This document shows positions 1-12,304 of a stretch of DNA of 64,000 nt, piece after piece (the stretch's first letter is position 1; each line of letters opens with the position of its first letter). A model generated the notes under the pieces. It did no database searches. It had not been told where the DNA came from and worked only from the letters and a program-made list of their open reading frames with translations. The translations under genes and the position numbers were made by a program. The stretch comes from Octopus sinensis (Eukaryota): contig NC_043016.1 in NCBI RefSeq assembly GCF_006345805.1, positions 31,434,001-31,498,000 of the forward strand, written 5' to 3'.

Positions 1-103
1 CTTGGAGTCTTTCCACGAACTTAATTTTTAGCAGCAAAGCAGTCACATCTCCCTTGCCACAAAATGGCCTAACCGTCTCATTCGAAACACGGTCCAAACT
101 CAT
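1..103 (-). pseudogene. Start of a Gypsy-type gag-like ORF, running off the window
   Basis: MSLDRVSNETVRPFCGKGDVTALLLKIKFVERLQ resembles the PF.GEGDV.AWL.K..LVA.L start of invertebrate Ty3/Gypsy gag. It follows an LTR-like segment. Confidence 0.55.
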
Positions 104-131
104 TTTTTTTCTTGTTTGAGCTGAAATAGCT

Positions 132-448
132 TGTGATGTAAAAGAAGAAAAAAGACAGAAGCAAAGAGAGAATTATGGTAGTCTTTCCCGGAGAAAGGGT
201 CTACATCCACGTGCTGTCACGATCTCCAAGGTTCACTCCACATCTACGTGCACTATCCGATGCTCTACCTTCTCACACGCCCACTCTGATGTGCTGTTCG
301 GCTGCTGACTGACCCTCGTGCTTCACTGAATGCCACATGTCCACTGCAGCACTTCTGGTGGGTTCCACAGGCCCCACTTCTGACAGGACATGCCTACTCC
401 CTCACTTCTGATCCTTCCCTACAACACAGCCTGGCTCATAACACCACA
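132..448 (-). mobile_element. Putative short 5' LTR (317 bp)
   Basis: Termini TGTGGTGT...ACATCACA (7/8 inverted match), 28 bp upstream of the gag-like ATG. No canonical TGG primer-binding site seen. Confidence 0.4.
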
Positions 449-1059
449 TGCTGATTGCAAGTATCATCATTAAGGTTCCATTTAGGTACAAATAAAAACA
501 ATTTTTTAGTGACTTTGTTAGATGTTTGTTGAAAATTGTACATTACTAGAACATCATCCATTATAGGAAGGCAGTGCAAGTTGAGCCAGTTTTCAAACTT
601 GGCATGTTAGGATAAAAATTACTGATGATCTTGCAGAAATGAGTATCTTAGTTTCAAATTTAATCCTTAAGAAATATTTGTAGTTATTTCTAACTTTCTA
701 TCCCCTCACTGAAAGTCACTGTGACCTTTGAAAAAATGAATGTCAACTGGTTCTATTGGCTCAAATTGCTCTGAATGTGGGGTAAATTGATCCAACCTCT
801 CGGGTAAGTTGTACCACACAAGGGTAAGTTGTTCAGTGTCTCAAATAAAGATAACTGAGTGCAAAACCATTGTTCTGCCTGAAAAATATAATGTTATAAC
901 AACAACATTGAATGAAATGATTACTTTGTGCTTATGGTTATAGTAGTCTGTTAAAAACAAATTCAGGCATAAAAAAAGTCATGAATATCAACAGTGATAA
1001 AAAAAAGTTATCCCAGTTTAGTTTCCACAATTTCAAGTCACAATTAAATGAAAAGTGTC

Positions 1060-1461
1060 TCAAATGCACCCAGAAATGCCAACAGTCAGATTATGACAAC
1101 TGAGACACAATATCTTGCTTAACTCTGCTGGCTTCATCATTTGGATATAGAAACAGATGTCAGAAATCAAATCAATTAAGCTACCACACTGACAACTTAC
1201 AGTTGAACACAAGCTGGTCAGAACAGCTGACAAACATACCAACATTCTTAGGCTATGGTAGCTTATGCACAATGTTTTCCAGTTCAAAGCCTACTTCATC
1301 CTTTGGATTTGGAACAAACACTGGGTTGTCAGCTCCACCTTTTGCAGGAAGACACCTTCAAGCTAAAATTCTTCTCCATTGAGTATCTAATGGGTAAATA
1401 TTTATAACGATAATGTTTTGGTTCTTAAGAAGGCTGCAATTCTCTTGTTCGGGGGTCACCA
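1060..1461 (-). mobile_element. Gypsy primer-binding site (tRNA-Trp type) plus decayed leader/gag
   Basis: TGGTGACCCCCGA at 1461-1449, 2 nt after the LTR end; compare the canonical Trp PBS TGGTGACCCCGAC. The downstream gag-like residues are weak. Confidence 0.6.
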
Positions 1462-1463
1462 GT

Positions 1464-2184
1464 TGTAATGATTAATATTTGTTGTTATAATTGCATGTTG
1501 TAGGATGAGAAGGATAAACAATGCATGAAGTTTTAAGAAAGTATTTATTTACCGTCACGTTACAAATACTTTGCCTCGATGGGCAGGTTAGGATAAATCC
1601 AAAAGCATGTGAAGTTAAGTTTGTGTTTGTGTCCTCTTCATTGTTTAGTAGTAAATACAGAGAGAGATAGAATGATGTAAGAGAACAGAATTAAAGCTAG
1701 TAAGAGTTGTAGACTTGTGGAATGTTGTCTCCCAGTTACTGACAGTAAACTTCATTTCTCTCACTGACCATTGTCTTTAGCAGCTGCATTCCTTGTGATC
1801 ATGATTCTTGCAGTCCGTTCCCTAACTAATTGAGTCGTCATGTTGTGACTGAACTTGTTGAGTCGTCACCGACTGTGACCAACTGATTTTTGCTTGGGGT
1901 GTGCTGGCTTATATAACTATCCAGAAGGATAGATATATCATTGAGAACAATAGATTTAGTTGGTGGTCTTGTTATCTCTATTCTAGCTTTTGGTGAAGTA
2001 GAAGAGGTTAGAAAGGGTCAAGTGGTGAAGACATTATTTTGGCTTAGCTAAAGGCATTTGGAAAATGTAAAACTGCTGTCAGAGAAAAACCATTGTTCCA
2101 CCATGGGAAAAGTTCTGGTGCAGTGTTAATTTAAATTTGGCTATGGTGGATCAAATCCACTTCATGCATGCAAGATCCACTACA
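1464..2184 (-). mobile_element. Gypsy 5' LTR (721 bp)
   Basis: TGTA...TACA termini, internal TATATAA and AATAAA, adjacent PBS. Segment 1912-2167 is homologous to 22263-22504. Confidence 0.75.
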
Positions 2185-2269
2185 AGTATATCAACCCAAG
2201 CACTGTAATGCACAAATCATGATTTGCCAGCACATTTGACAACCACAAATGATATCCAGCACTGGTTGA

Positions 2270-2485
2270 TTGAAAGCAGTAGCACATCCAAAGGATGTGG
2301 CTGAACAATTTACAGTAATTGTAGACTCATCTGTTGACATTAGCAAAATGAATCAATTTTCCTTATCTATGTCAGCTGTAACAGTTCATTGTGATACTGT
2401 GCAACAAATTATACTATTTGGTGAATTAGCTGAGAGTAAAGACAACATTTTTTCAACATTCTTCTTCCGGCATTCGAAAGCTTAG
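2270..2485 (+). pseudogene. hAT-like transposase fragment
   Basis: EQFTVIVDSSVDISKMNQFSLSM resembles the FS(I/V)..D.S.D.S..EQLS region around the first catalytic Asp of hAT transposases. Confidence 0.45.
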
Positions 2486-3039
2486 AGCACAGGGTCGACA
2501 TAGGCTCAGTTGATCCGTGTGGTGAGGATTTTGCTTCCCAGCAGTATGATCTTGGGTTCAGTCCCGCTGCAGTGCACCTTGGGCAAGTGTCTACAAAAGC
2601 CCTAAGTTAACCAATGTCTTCTGAGAGGATTTGGCAGATTGAAACTAAAAGACATCTGTTGTGTGTGTGTGTATACATGTGTATATATGTATATGTGTAT
2701 ATATATATATATATACACACACACATATGTATATATATATATTTATGCACCTGCGTCGCCTTACTGGCATGTGAAAAAAACATTTGAGTGAGGTCATTGC
2801 CAGTGCTGCTGGACTGGCTCCTGTGCAGGTGGCATGTAAAAAACACCATTTGAGCATGGCCATTGCTAGTACTGCCTGACTGGACCTTGTGCCAGTGGCA
2901 CATAAAAGCACCCCCTACACTCTCAGAGTGGTTGGCGTTAGGAAGAGGATCCAGCTGTAGAAACTCTGCGAGATCAGATTGGAGTCTGGTGCAGCCATCT
3001 GGTTCGCCAGACCTCAGTCAAATCGTTAGTAAGACCCCT

Positions 3040-4100
3040 TAATGGGGGCTTAACACTCACAATTTAGTCATTTTTCTTAAACCAAGATGAATACAGTTGT
3101 ACTCTTGGAAGCTTTAGGGTCATCCAAGCATAAAAGATGAGCATTATTTGAAATTCAATGGTACAACAGTGTAAGAGTTTGCTTTGAGATATATTTAGAT
3201 AGTGATCTCTGCAATGTGCTGCATAAGTTGTCAAATAAAGGAGAGGCATCTTTGCCTCCACTTATTCAGTTCCAAAGTGTTGAGTAAAGTTATTTGGTTT
3301 GCAGACCTCCTTTGAGTGTTTTTATTATCACTGGGTCAGAGATAGTCCCCAGATGGTAACATTGATTTCAAGGCCTTCCCAGATAAGTGACTGGTTATTC
3401 AAAGAGATTTATAGATTGCAAATTTATTCTGTCCAGTTAACTATTGGCATAGTGATCATTGGCAAACTCCAGAGGTGACACTTTCATTTCCCCTTAGCCC
3501 TCACGTCACACAGTTGTTAATGTTTATTTGAGTTGGGTTACACCCTTCCAATTGCTATAGATCCTTAATGCATCTTATGGCAGTGCTCATCACCTGTATG
3601 GTGAGGAATCCTACATTGGGGAGTGGTAACGACTAGGGTAGGGTAGCTGACTGCTTATTGTGATCATTCATTTATTGGCTTCGCTCTCTTTTACAAACCC
3701 AGTGAACATACATATATATCCGATTTCAAAGAAATTTGAACAATAGATATAAGACCCAAGTTAAAAAAGATTCCCAACAATTCATCTTCTCTGGTTGACA
3801 TGAAGACATCCCCCTACCCAATAGGGGCCTTAACTCCCATATTTTAGAGCTCCATGAGCTCCATTTTTCAGGAGCAAAATCCTTTGAATAGGTTCCATAA
3901 GATCTGGATTTTGGAATCTGGGTATAAAGATGAGCAGTATGGGATAAATGTGTCATGATTAGAATTTTTGTTAGGATGTGTAAAGAGGGAAAGAACCCTC
4001 ATTAAAATTCTTCTTCCGCAATTTTGATAAAATTTGAATCACAGGTATTCCAGTTCATTAGAGAAAATATAAAAGAAAAGTCTAATTTTTCTATTCCATG
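3040..4100 (-). mobile_element. Highly decayed non-LTR retroelement relic (possibly L1/Tx1-like)
   Basis: Coding-like composition with scattered endonuclease-like words (DHY, LIWEGL) and many stops. Confidence 0.25.
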
Positions 4101-4260
4101 TCAGACGGGCAATGCTGGGTATCTCTGGTAGTTTATATGTGTGTGTGTGTATAAATATATATATAGATGTGTGTGTATATCATCATCATCATTTAGCGTC
4201 CGCTTTCTATGCTAGCATGGGTTGGACGGTTCAACTGGGGTCTGTGAAGCCAGAAGGCTG

Positions 4261-4844
4261 TGTAACGGCAGTGAATATCTTCTCTGCACTTTTTGGGTGC
4301 AGTTGGTGCAATCACTTTCCGTTGCTTTAATATCCAGATTCTACCAGTCAGAAACAACAAGACGCAGACGTAAAAAATATATATCTACTTTATTCTCTTA
4401 TGACAGTAACAAATAAGTGGTGTATCTGGTATCCCTTTGGTATGGATGTGTCAGAGCTGAACTTTATCGCTGTAGAATTTACAGTGTTCAAATGCAAACG
4501 ACACTGGTCAAGATGGCGTCCGAATAGGGAGAGAAAATGATGTGGTCGGCAACAAATGTCAGGGGGAAACGAAGATAATACGCGTCTTCTTCTATGAAAA
4601 GCCTGACTGCTGCTATCAAATCCGGACAGAGAGAGAGAACTACACGTCTTGTACCTTCGATAGCTGTGTCTCAAGTCACTGCCTACTGGACGCTGGTGGT
4701 CAACGTCCTATGCTCCCCTTGCCTCGCAGCTAAACTGCCACGTAGGCAAATGGTCCTTCTTCCGGTGGTGAAAGCACCAACCCCGCACGTGCGAAACAGA
4801 AATGGACGGTGCGCGCTCGCGCACCGTTATATAGGATCACTACA
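4261..4844 (-). mobile_element. Solo LTR (584 bp) inserted in the RTE 3'UTR
   Basis: TGTA...TACA termini, 4-bp TSD GCTG (4257-4260 and 4845-4848). The flanking RTE sequence rejoins seamlessly. AATAAA on the minus strand near 4393. Confidence 0.85.
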
Positions 4845-5487
4845 GCTGCATCAGGCCCAGTCTGATCTGGCAGTGTTTCTATGGCTGGATGCCCTTCCTA
4901 ACGCCAACCACTCCGTGAGTGTAGTGGGTGCCTTTTACGTGCCAGACGGAGCTGGAAAACGGCCACGGACGAATGGTGCTTTTTACGTGCCAGCGGCACG
5001 GGGCCAGGCGAGGCTGGCAACGGCCACGAACGGATGGTGCTTTTTACGTGCCATCGGCATGAGGCCAGTCAGGGCGGCGCTGGCAATGGTCACGAACGGA
5101 TGGTGGTGCCAGACGAGTCTGGCAAATGGCCACGAACGGATGGTGGTGCCAGACGAGTCTGGCAAATGGCCACGAACGGATGGTGCTTTTTTACGTGCCA
5201 CCGGCACGGGGGCCAGGCGAGGCTGGCAACGGCCACGAATGGATGGTGCTTTTTACATGCCACCGGCATGAGGCCAGTCTGGGCGGCGCTGGCAACGGCC
5301 ACATTCGGATGGTTCTCTTACATGCCACCGGCACTGGTAACTCAGCTGCAATTTCCATTTATCGATTTCGATTCTGATCCTCACTTGCCTCAACAGGTCT
5401 TCACAAGTAGAGTTTTGTGTCCCAAGAAGGGAAGGTATGCATACGTGGGCTGGCTACATCCCATGTAGAAGGCCACGGGTTATGGTC

Positions 5488-7825
5488 TCACTTGTCCTGC
5501 CGGGTCTTCTCGCGCACAGCATACTTCCAGAGGTCTCGGTCTCTTGTCATTTCCTCAGTGAGACCTAAAGTTCGAAGGTCGTGCTTCACCACCTCGTCCC
5601 AGGTTTTCCTGGGTCTGCCTCTTCCACAGGTTCCCTCAACCGCTAGGGTGTGGCACTTTTTCACACAACTATCTTTATCCATTCTCACCACATGCCCATA
5701 CCAGCGCAATCATCTCTCTTGCACACAACAACTGATGCTTCTTAGGTCCAGCTTTTCTCTCAAGGTACTTACACTCTGTCAAGTATGAGTACTGACATTA
5801 CACATCCATCGGAGCATACTGGCTTCATTTCTTGTGAGCTTACGCATATACTCAGCAGTCACGGCCCATATTTCACTACCATGTAGCATGGCTGTTCGTA
5901 CACACGAGTCATACAGTCTGCCTTTTACTCTGAGCGAGAGGCCTTTTGTCACCAGCAGAGGTAAGAGCTCTCTGAACTTTGCCCAAGCTATTCTTACTCT
6001 AGCAGTTACACTTTCAGCACACCCGCCCCCGCTGCTGACTTGGTCACCTAGGTAACGGAAGCTATCAACTATTTCTAGTTTTTCTACCTGGAAAGTGACA
6101 GAAGTTGGTCCCAGAGCATTTTCAGTGTTTATTGTTCCTGAGCATCTGCCTCATACAAAAACCATCTTCCTAGTTAGCCTTCCTTTGACATTGCTGCACC
6201 TCTTATGTGTCCATAGCTTACACTTGGTGCATCTTATAGAGTTTCTACCTACACCTTTTCTACAGATCGAGCAGGGCCATCTACGTGAAGGCATTTGTGA
6301 TTTGTCTACCTTCTTACTGATTACGACTTTGGTTTTAGCTAGATTGACTCTAAGGCCCTTCGATTCTAATCCTTGTTTCCACACCTGAAACTTCTCCTCC
6401 AGTTCTGATAGTGACTCAGCAATTAGAGCAAGGTCATCAGCATAGAGGAGCTCCCAAGGGCATCCTGTCTTGAATTCCTCCGTTATTGCCTGGAGGACTA
6501 TGATAAATAGGAAGGGGCTGAGGACTGAGCCTTGGTGGACCCCTACCTCTACCCAGAATTCTCCACTGTACTCGTTGCCAACCCTCACCTTACTAGCAGC
6601 GTCCCTGTACATGGCTCGCACAGCTCTCACTAACCATTCATCTATCCCTAGTTTCCTCATTGACCACCAGATAAGGGATCGGGGGACCCTGTCGAAGGCT
6701 TTCTCCATGTCAGCAAAAGCCAGGTACAGGGGCTTATCTTTGGCTAGGTATATCTCCTGCAGCTGTCTTACCAGGAATATAGCATCAGTGGTACTTTTCC
6801 CTGGCACAAACCCAAACTGCATCTCATCTAAACTAACTCTCTCTCTAATTAGTTGGGCTATGACCATCTCCGTAACCTTCATCACCTGACCCAACAGCTT
6901 GATACCTCTGTAATTATTTGTATCTAGGGCGTCACCTTTACCTTTGTAGCAGTTGACTATTATGCTGCTACACCAGTCATTGGGTATGACTCCTTCGTGT
7001 ATCACCTGATTAACTATACTGGTGACTAGGCTATAGCCGACACTACCAGATATTTTGAGCATCTCTGCAGTGATTCCTGATGGGCATGGGGCTTTCCCTG
7101 TCTTCATGCTTCTAATTGCCTTAACTACCAAGGAACTATCAACTCGGATAGCTGGTCCCTCTGTTGGGTCAACATTCAGCAGACTCTCTTTATCCCATTC
7201 ATTTTCTTTATTCAGCAACCTTTTATAGTGGCATCTCCAAACCTCTCTCTTTGCATCCTCATTTAGCACAAGTGAACCATCTTCCATGCGAACACACTTC
7301 TCTCCTACCACATCACAATTCTCTCTCACACACTGTCTTGCAACGCGAAACACCTCCAGTCTTTGGTCCTCACGGCGCAGAACATTGGCAAATTTTTTTC
7401 TTATCTGCTTCCCCTCTGGCTAAATAAACCTGTCTCTTAGCTTCTCTTTTGGCAGTATGATACAATTCCCTGCTACCCCCATTTTTCCAGTCCTTCCAAG
7501 CCTGTCTCTTTTCTCTAATAGCCCTGTCCTCAACATTGTTCCACCACCACGTTATTCTAGGTCGAGAGGGGACTTTGCACCAGGCACAGATCTGGTCAGT
7601 GGCTCTCAGCAGGTTGTCCCTTAGAAACGTCCAGTTGTCTTCTACCCCCTGTGATGCTCTATCCCCTTCTACTTCGTCAAAGGCTTCAAGTAATATGTCC
7701 CTAAATCTCTGTCCATTCGCAGGATCTTTAAGCTTCCAGATCCTTCTTCTCCATGTTGGTCATCTTCTGGTTGTTCTCCTAGGCCTGATCCTAAAGTCAC
7801 TAACTACCAGTCTATGTTGTGGGGT
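5488..7825 (-). pseudogene. RTE reverse transcriptase pseudogene (longest open part 6151-7353)
   Basis: RT motifs NYRGIKLL, QFGFVPGKST, DMEKAFDRV, GVHQGSVLSP, LYADD and RWYGHVVRM. In-frame TGA at 6153-6151 plus a few frameshifts or stops. Confidence 0.95.
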
Positions 7826-7833
7826 TGTATATA

Positions 7834-7865
<32 letters not shown>

Positions 7866-7890
7866 CACATACATGTATATATATAAATAT

Positions 7891-8067
7891 AGGTGCAGGA
7901 GTGGCTTTGTGGTAAGAAGCTTCCTTCCTGACCACATGGTCCTGGGTTCAGTCCCACTTTGTGGCACCTTGGGCAAGTGTCCTCTACTATAGCCTCAGCC
8001 GACCAAAGCCTTGTGAGTGGATTTGGTAGACGGAAACTGAAAGAAGCTCATTGTATATATATGTATG

Positions 8068-8133
<66 letters not shown>

Positions 8134-8355
8134 TATGTATGTATGTGTTTGTTGTTTGCGTCTGTGTTTGTCTCCCCACCAACGCTTGACAATCGATGTT
8201 GGTGTGTTTACGTCCCCCATCACTTAGCAGTTTGGCAAAAAGAGACCAATAGAATAAGTACTGGACTTACAAAGAATAAGTCCTGGGGTCGATTTATTCG
8301 ACTGAAGGTGGTGCCCCAGCATGGCTGCAGTCAAATGACTGAAACAAATAAAAGA
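7891..8355 (+). mobile_element. Composite SINE: tRNA-like head with CORE-like body, microsatellite, then tail family C
   Basis: GGAGTGGCTGTGTGGTAAG...GGCACCTTGGGCAAGTG...GAAACTGAAAGAAGC head, then (TA)n, then TGTGTTTGTCCCCC...GAAACAAATAAAAGAG. The same arrangement recurs at about 25230-25505, 32165-32560 (-), 39265-39600 and 41255-41620 (-). Confidence 0.8.
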
Positions 8356-10139
8356 GTAATATATGTGTGTGTGTGCATGCATGTGTGTGTGTGTATATAT
8401 AAATGTATATACATGTGGCAACTGAATTGGGCTCACTTTTTTTTATCACTGTCGGTCGGTCAGTCAGTTAGTTGGCCAGCCAGTTGGTCGGTCGGTCAAT
8501 CTGTCAGCGGAGTAGGGATTTAGATGCTATTTGTAGAAAGATGACCATTGGCGACTGCTACAGCTTAGCTTCTGTCTTTTAGGAAATCTTACAGTAACTT
8601 TATTAATGTTTTTCTCAAAGTGCCAGGAAAGACAATCATCTGATTGTCAAAAATAAAGGTGGAAATGTATGGCTTAATGGCTAGGGTGTTGGACTCATAA
8701 TCATAAGATTGTGGTTTCGATATCAGGACCAGGTGATGTGTTGTGCTCTTGAGCAAGACACTTTATTTCATGTTGCTCCAGTCCACTTAACTGATAAAAA
8801 TGAGTAATTCTGCAACAGACTGGAAAGAATATATATGCCAGAGAAACCAGGAAACCAGCCCTATGCTTCTTACAGATATGGTGGGTTTTTTTTGTTATTT
8901 TGTCTCTTTGCTGTTATTGCTAGTACATTTGGAAGCCTTTCAATGTTAATAGAAACAGTTGCTTCTTTGATTATTCAATGCAAAAAAACAAACAAACAAG
9001 AAGATACAAGGAAAGAATCTAACTGATGGGAACCTAGATAAAGTGACGAATATTTGGAAAGCTCTCATGATAGCAATCAGGGTGGTTGATGTAATTCATT
9101 GAGCTGTGTAATAGTACTACATAACATTCTGTTGCAACATTTGGGATAGATTTTTGATCTGTGATTAATTTCTTACTTTTCTCCCACCAACCTAGGCGTT
9201 GCCCTTCTTTCTCTTGTAAGAATACCATATAAAGCAGTAAGCTAGCAGAAGTGTAAGCATGTCAGGCAAAATGCTTAGTGGCATTTTGTCTGCATGTTCT
9301 GAGTTCAAATTCCACTGTGGCCGACTCTGCCTTTCATCCTTTTGGGGTCAATAAAATACGTACCAGTTGAGCATTGGGTCAATGTAATTGACCTAACCCT
9401 TCCCTGAAATGGCTAGCCTTATGCCAAAATTTGAAACCAGTATTAAGAAGACCAAACCAATTCCAGTAGATGTGTTTCTTTAGAATAGATATAATTAGAA
9501 GACAAACTGATTTTACTTACCCAGATTCTTCAGGATCAACAATAAAGGCAAGGAGATATTAATCAACTTCTATTTGGAGGAAATATCAAAGCCTTTGAGA
9601 CATCTGTGAAAAAAAGTATTTCTTTAAGATTAAACTACATTTCCTCATTTCAAATGTCTTACTATTCTTTATCTATGATTCTGCTACAGAGGAAAGCAAA
9701 CTTTACTATGCTGCTGAATTCAGCCTGATCTGAAGTATAAGATGAAGCCAAAAAATTTGTAATGAAAAGAATTAAAAGTAAATTATACCACCATCTCTAA
9801 ATTATAACCACCAAAACCACCCTTAAGTCATTTTATTGATCTAAAACTACAAGGAGAAGGAAAAAAAAAAGACAGGTGGGTAACAGTGAGATAGTGGTTC
9901 CCCAAATGGTGCAGCATGCCTCACGGAAAGAATAGCTGGTGAAGCGGAATGATTTAGACAATCAAAGATTTAGAAACAGTTTCAAAAAATTCATATGCCA
10001 AAAATAAATATGATTTCAAAATTTAAAATATTATTCTGGATTACTTGTAACTGTATGCATGACTCCTAGTATAAATAATTATAAAGAATTATTGACTGAT
10101 TTTATCACTGTGATATTTTCGCATTATATCAAGCATTAA

Positions 10140-10349
10140 CCCTTTCGTTCCCAAACTGGCTCTGGCTCTGAGTACAAATGCTTTGTTTTTATAAGTTTTG
10201 AATTAAAATTTTCCACCAAATCTTAGTCACACTTTATGTTCCTAACACCAGCTGAATGATAACTAAGTTATTTTACTAAATTCTTTGTTATATTTAAAGT
10301 AATTGAAAGAAACACAGAGCATCTCAAAATAAATACAGTAACAAAAGGG
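10140..10349. mobile_element. piggyBac-type MITE (210 bp)
   Basis: TTAA|CCCTTTCGTT...GTAACAAAAGGG|TTAA. A second copy is at 31758-31977. Confidence 0.8.
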
Positions 10350-10924
10350 TTAAGAATATAGTAACTAAGCTCCACAAATTGGAGGAGAACGTAACTAATG
10401 TAAATGTTTGTGTGTGTGCGTGTATTTGTCATGAATGTTAGTTCAAAATAAAAATCTGTGTATCATACTTAAAGCAAAAACATCATTGGAAAGCCTGATA
10501 AATTTATTAGTCAGTGATAGTATCTGTTATAGATGTATAGTGTTAAAACACACTAAAATATATTAGAAGCAGAGGAAAATCATTCAGCAGTGGCAATGGC
10601 ATTGCTAAAGGTGTATTTCTGTCAATCTTGGGTTTAACTGTAGTAAGTATCCACTAGAAGTTGCATGCTATTTATGTATGTGTTATATGTGTGCGAGTGA
10701 GAGAGAGAAACTCTGTGTGTGTGTGTGCACGTGTGTAATTGTGTTTATGTGTACTCTTGTCAAGACATCACTCAATGGTCGTATATGGGAAAAAACTGTC
10801 ATGCATGTGAGGTTGTTTGTTTCCAGTATTCTGTGAAAAACACATCCTGCTGTGGGGAAATATTCTTTTCTACTCAAGGCACAAGGCCCAAAATTTTTGG
10901 AGGATGGGGCCAGTCAGTTAGATC

Positions 10925-11410
10925 AACCACAGTGTGCAAATGGTACTTAATTTATCGACCCCTGAAAGGATGAAAGGCAAAGTTGACCTCGGCGGAATTT
11001 GAACCCAGAAATACAGCTAAGCATTTCACCCGACATGCTAACATTTCTTTTTTCTTTATTGCCCACAAGAGGCTAAACATAGAGAGGACAAACAAAGACA
11101 GACAAACGGATTAAGTCGATTACATCGACCCCAGTACGTAACTGGTACTTATTTAATCAACCCTAAAAGGATGAAAGGCAAAGTCGACCTCAGCAGAATT
11201 TGAACTCAAAATGTAATGGCAGACGAAATACCTATTTCTTTACTACCCACAATGGGCTAAGCACAGAGAGGAGAGGTACTTATTTAATCAACCCCAAAAG
11301 GATGAAGGGCAAAGTTGACCTCAGCAGAATTTGAACTCAGAACGTAGTGGCAGACGAAATACCGCTAAGCATTTCGCCTGGTGTGCTAACATTTCTGCCA
11401 GCTTGCCGCC
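10925..11410 (-). mobile_element. Tandem trimer of SINE family B (Meta-domain-like body)
   Basis: Three head-to-tail units with the GCCTTTCATCCTTT.GGGGT.GAT.AA.TAAGTACC core on the minus strand. Confidence 0.8.
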
Positions 11411-12304
11411 TTAGCTGTGGGGAAATATTAACCTTACTTGGACAGAATTGATGACAGGAAGGACATCCATCTGGCTGTAGAAAATCTGCCTCAGCAAATT
11501 CCATCATATCCATGCAAGCATGGAAAACTGGACATTAAGTAATGATGATGGCAGTGGTGGTTGTGGTGGTAGAGGTGGTGGTGGTGGTGATGACTGAGCT
11601 AAGGGAAATAACTGAAATGAGCTAATGGCATGGATGAAGAATATAAATTTGAATAATAATGTACCAAATGATGCAAAAAATAAATAAATAAATATAAAGG
11701 GCCAAATAAATAATAAACTAGAGAATTCATAAACCATTTGAATTCTTTGGTTTTTGGCAGAATCGTTAGCATGCTGGTCAAAATGCTTAACAGTAATTTT
11801 GTCTGTCTTTATGTTCTGGGTTCATATTCCACTGAGGTCAGCTTCATCGTTTTGGGGTCAATGAAATAAGTACCAGTTATGTACTGGTGTTGATATATAA
11901 TCAATCTGCCCCTCCCCCAAAATTTCAGGCCTTGTGCCTTTAATAGAAAGGATTATTATTTTTATTTTCAATAGACCCTGTGATTATGTACAAATAAAAT
12001 GTGAAAGGTTATTAGTTAAATGCTGCGAGGCAGCAAATACTCATGCTGGGTGGCAACAGCTTCAAGGTAAAGCTTTTTGTCATACAGTATTGCTTTGCAT
12101 AGAAAGATTATTAAATTACACTTATTTATTTATGTATATATTTCACACATTGACATTATTTCATATTTCTTGCTTTTATATTTAGTGTTGGCATCAGCAA
12201 AGACAAAAACAGTTGAAAAATATATAAATCTTTTGCTGTTGTTAAGTAACAGCTTGTTTCTTCTTATACGAATTACATTTTGAGAATTAATCATGAGGGT
12301 ATTG

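Larger units (their letters stand above)
4181..7827 (-). mobile_element. 5'-truncated RTE-clade LINE, relatively young, with a nested solo LTR
   Basis: Runs from the end of the APE domain (QHRLVVSDF) through RT and a PHD-like finger to the ORF end at 5488, then a 3'UTR with about 60-bp tandem units and a (GAT)n tail at 4181. Confidence 0.95.

Noticed and set aside
4594-5468. Overlapping ORFs of 70-225 aa
   Set aside because: They cross an LTR/RTE-UTR junction and GC-rich tandem repeats, so they are not a gene.
8878-8949. Signal-peptide-like mini-ORF MVGFFCYFVSLLLLLVHLEAFQC
   Set aside because: It stops after 23 aa with no convincing in-frame donor, and T-rich DNA often yields such strings.
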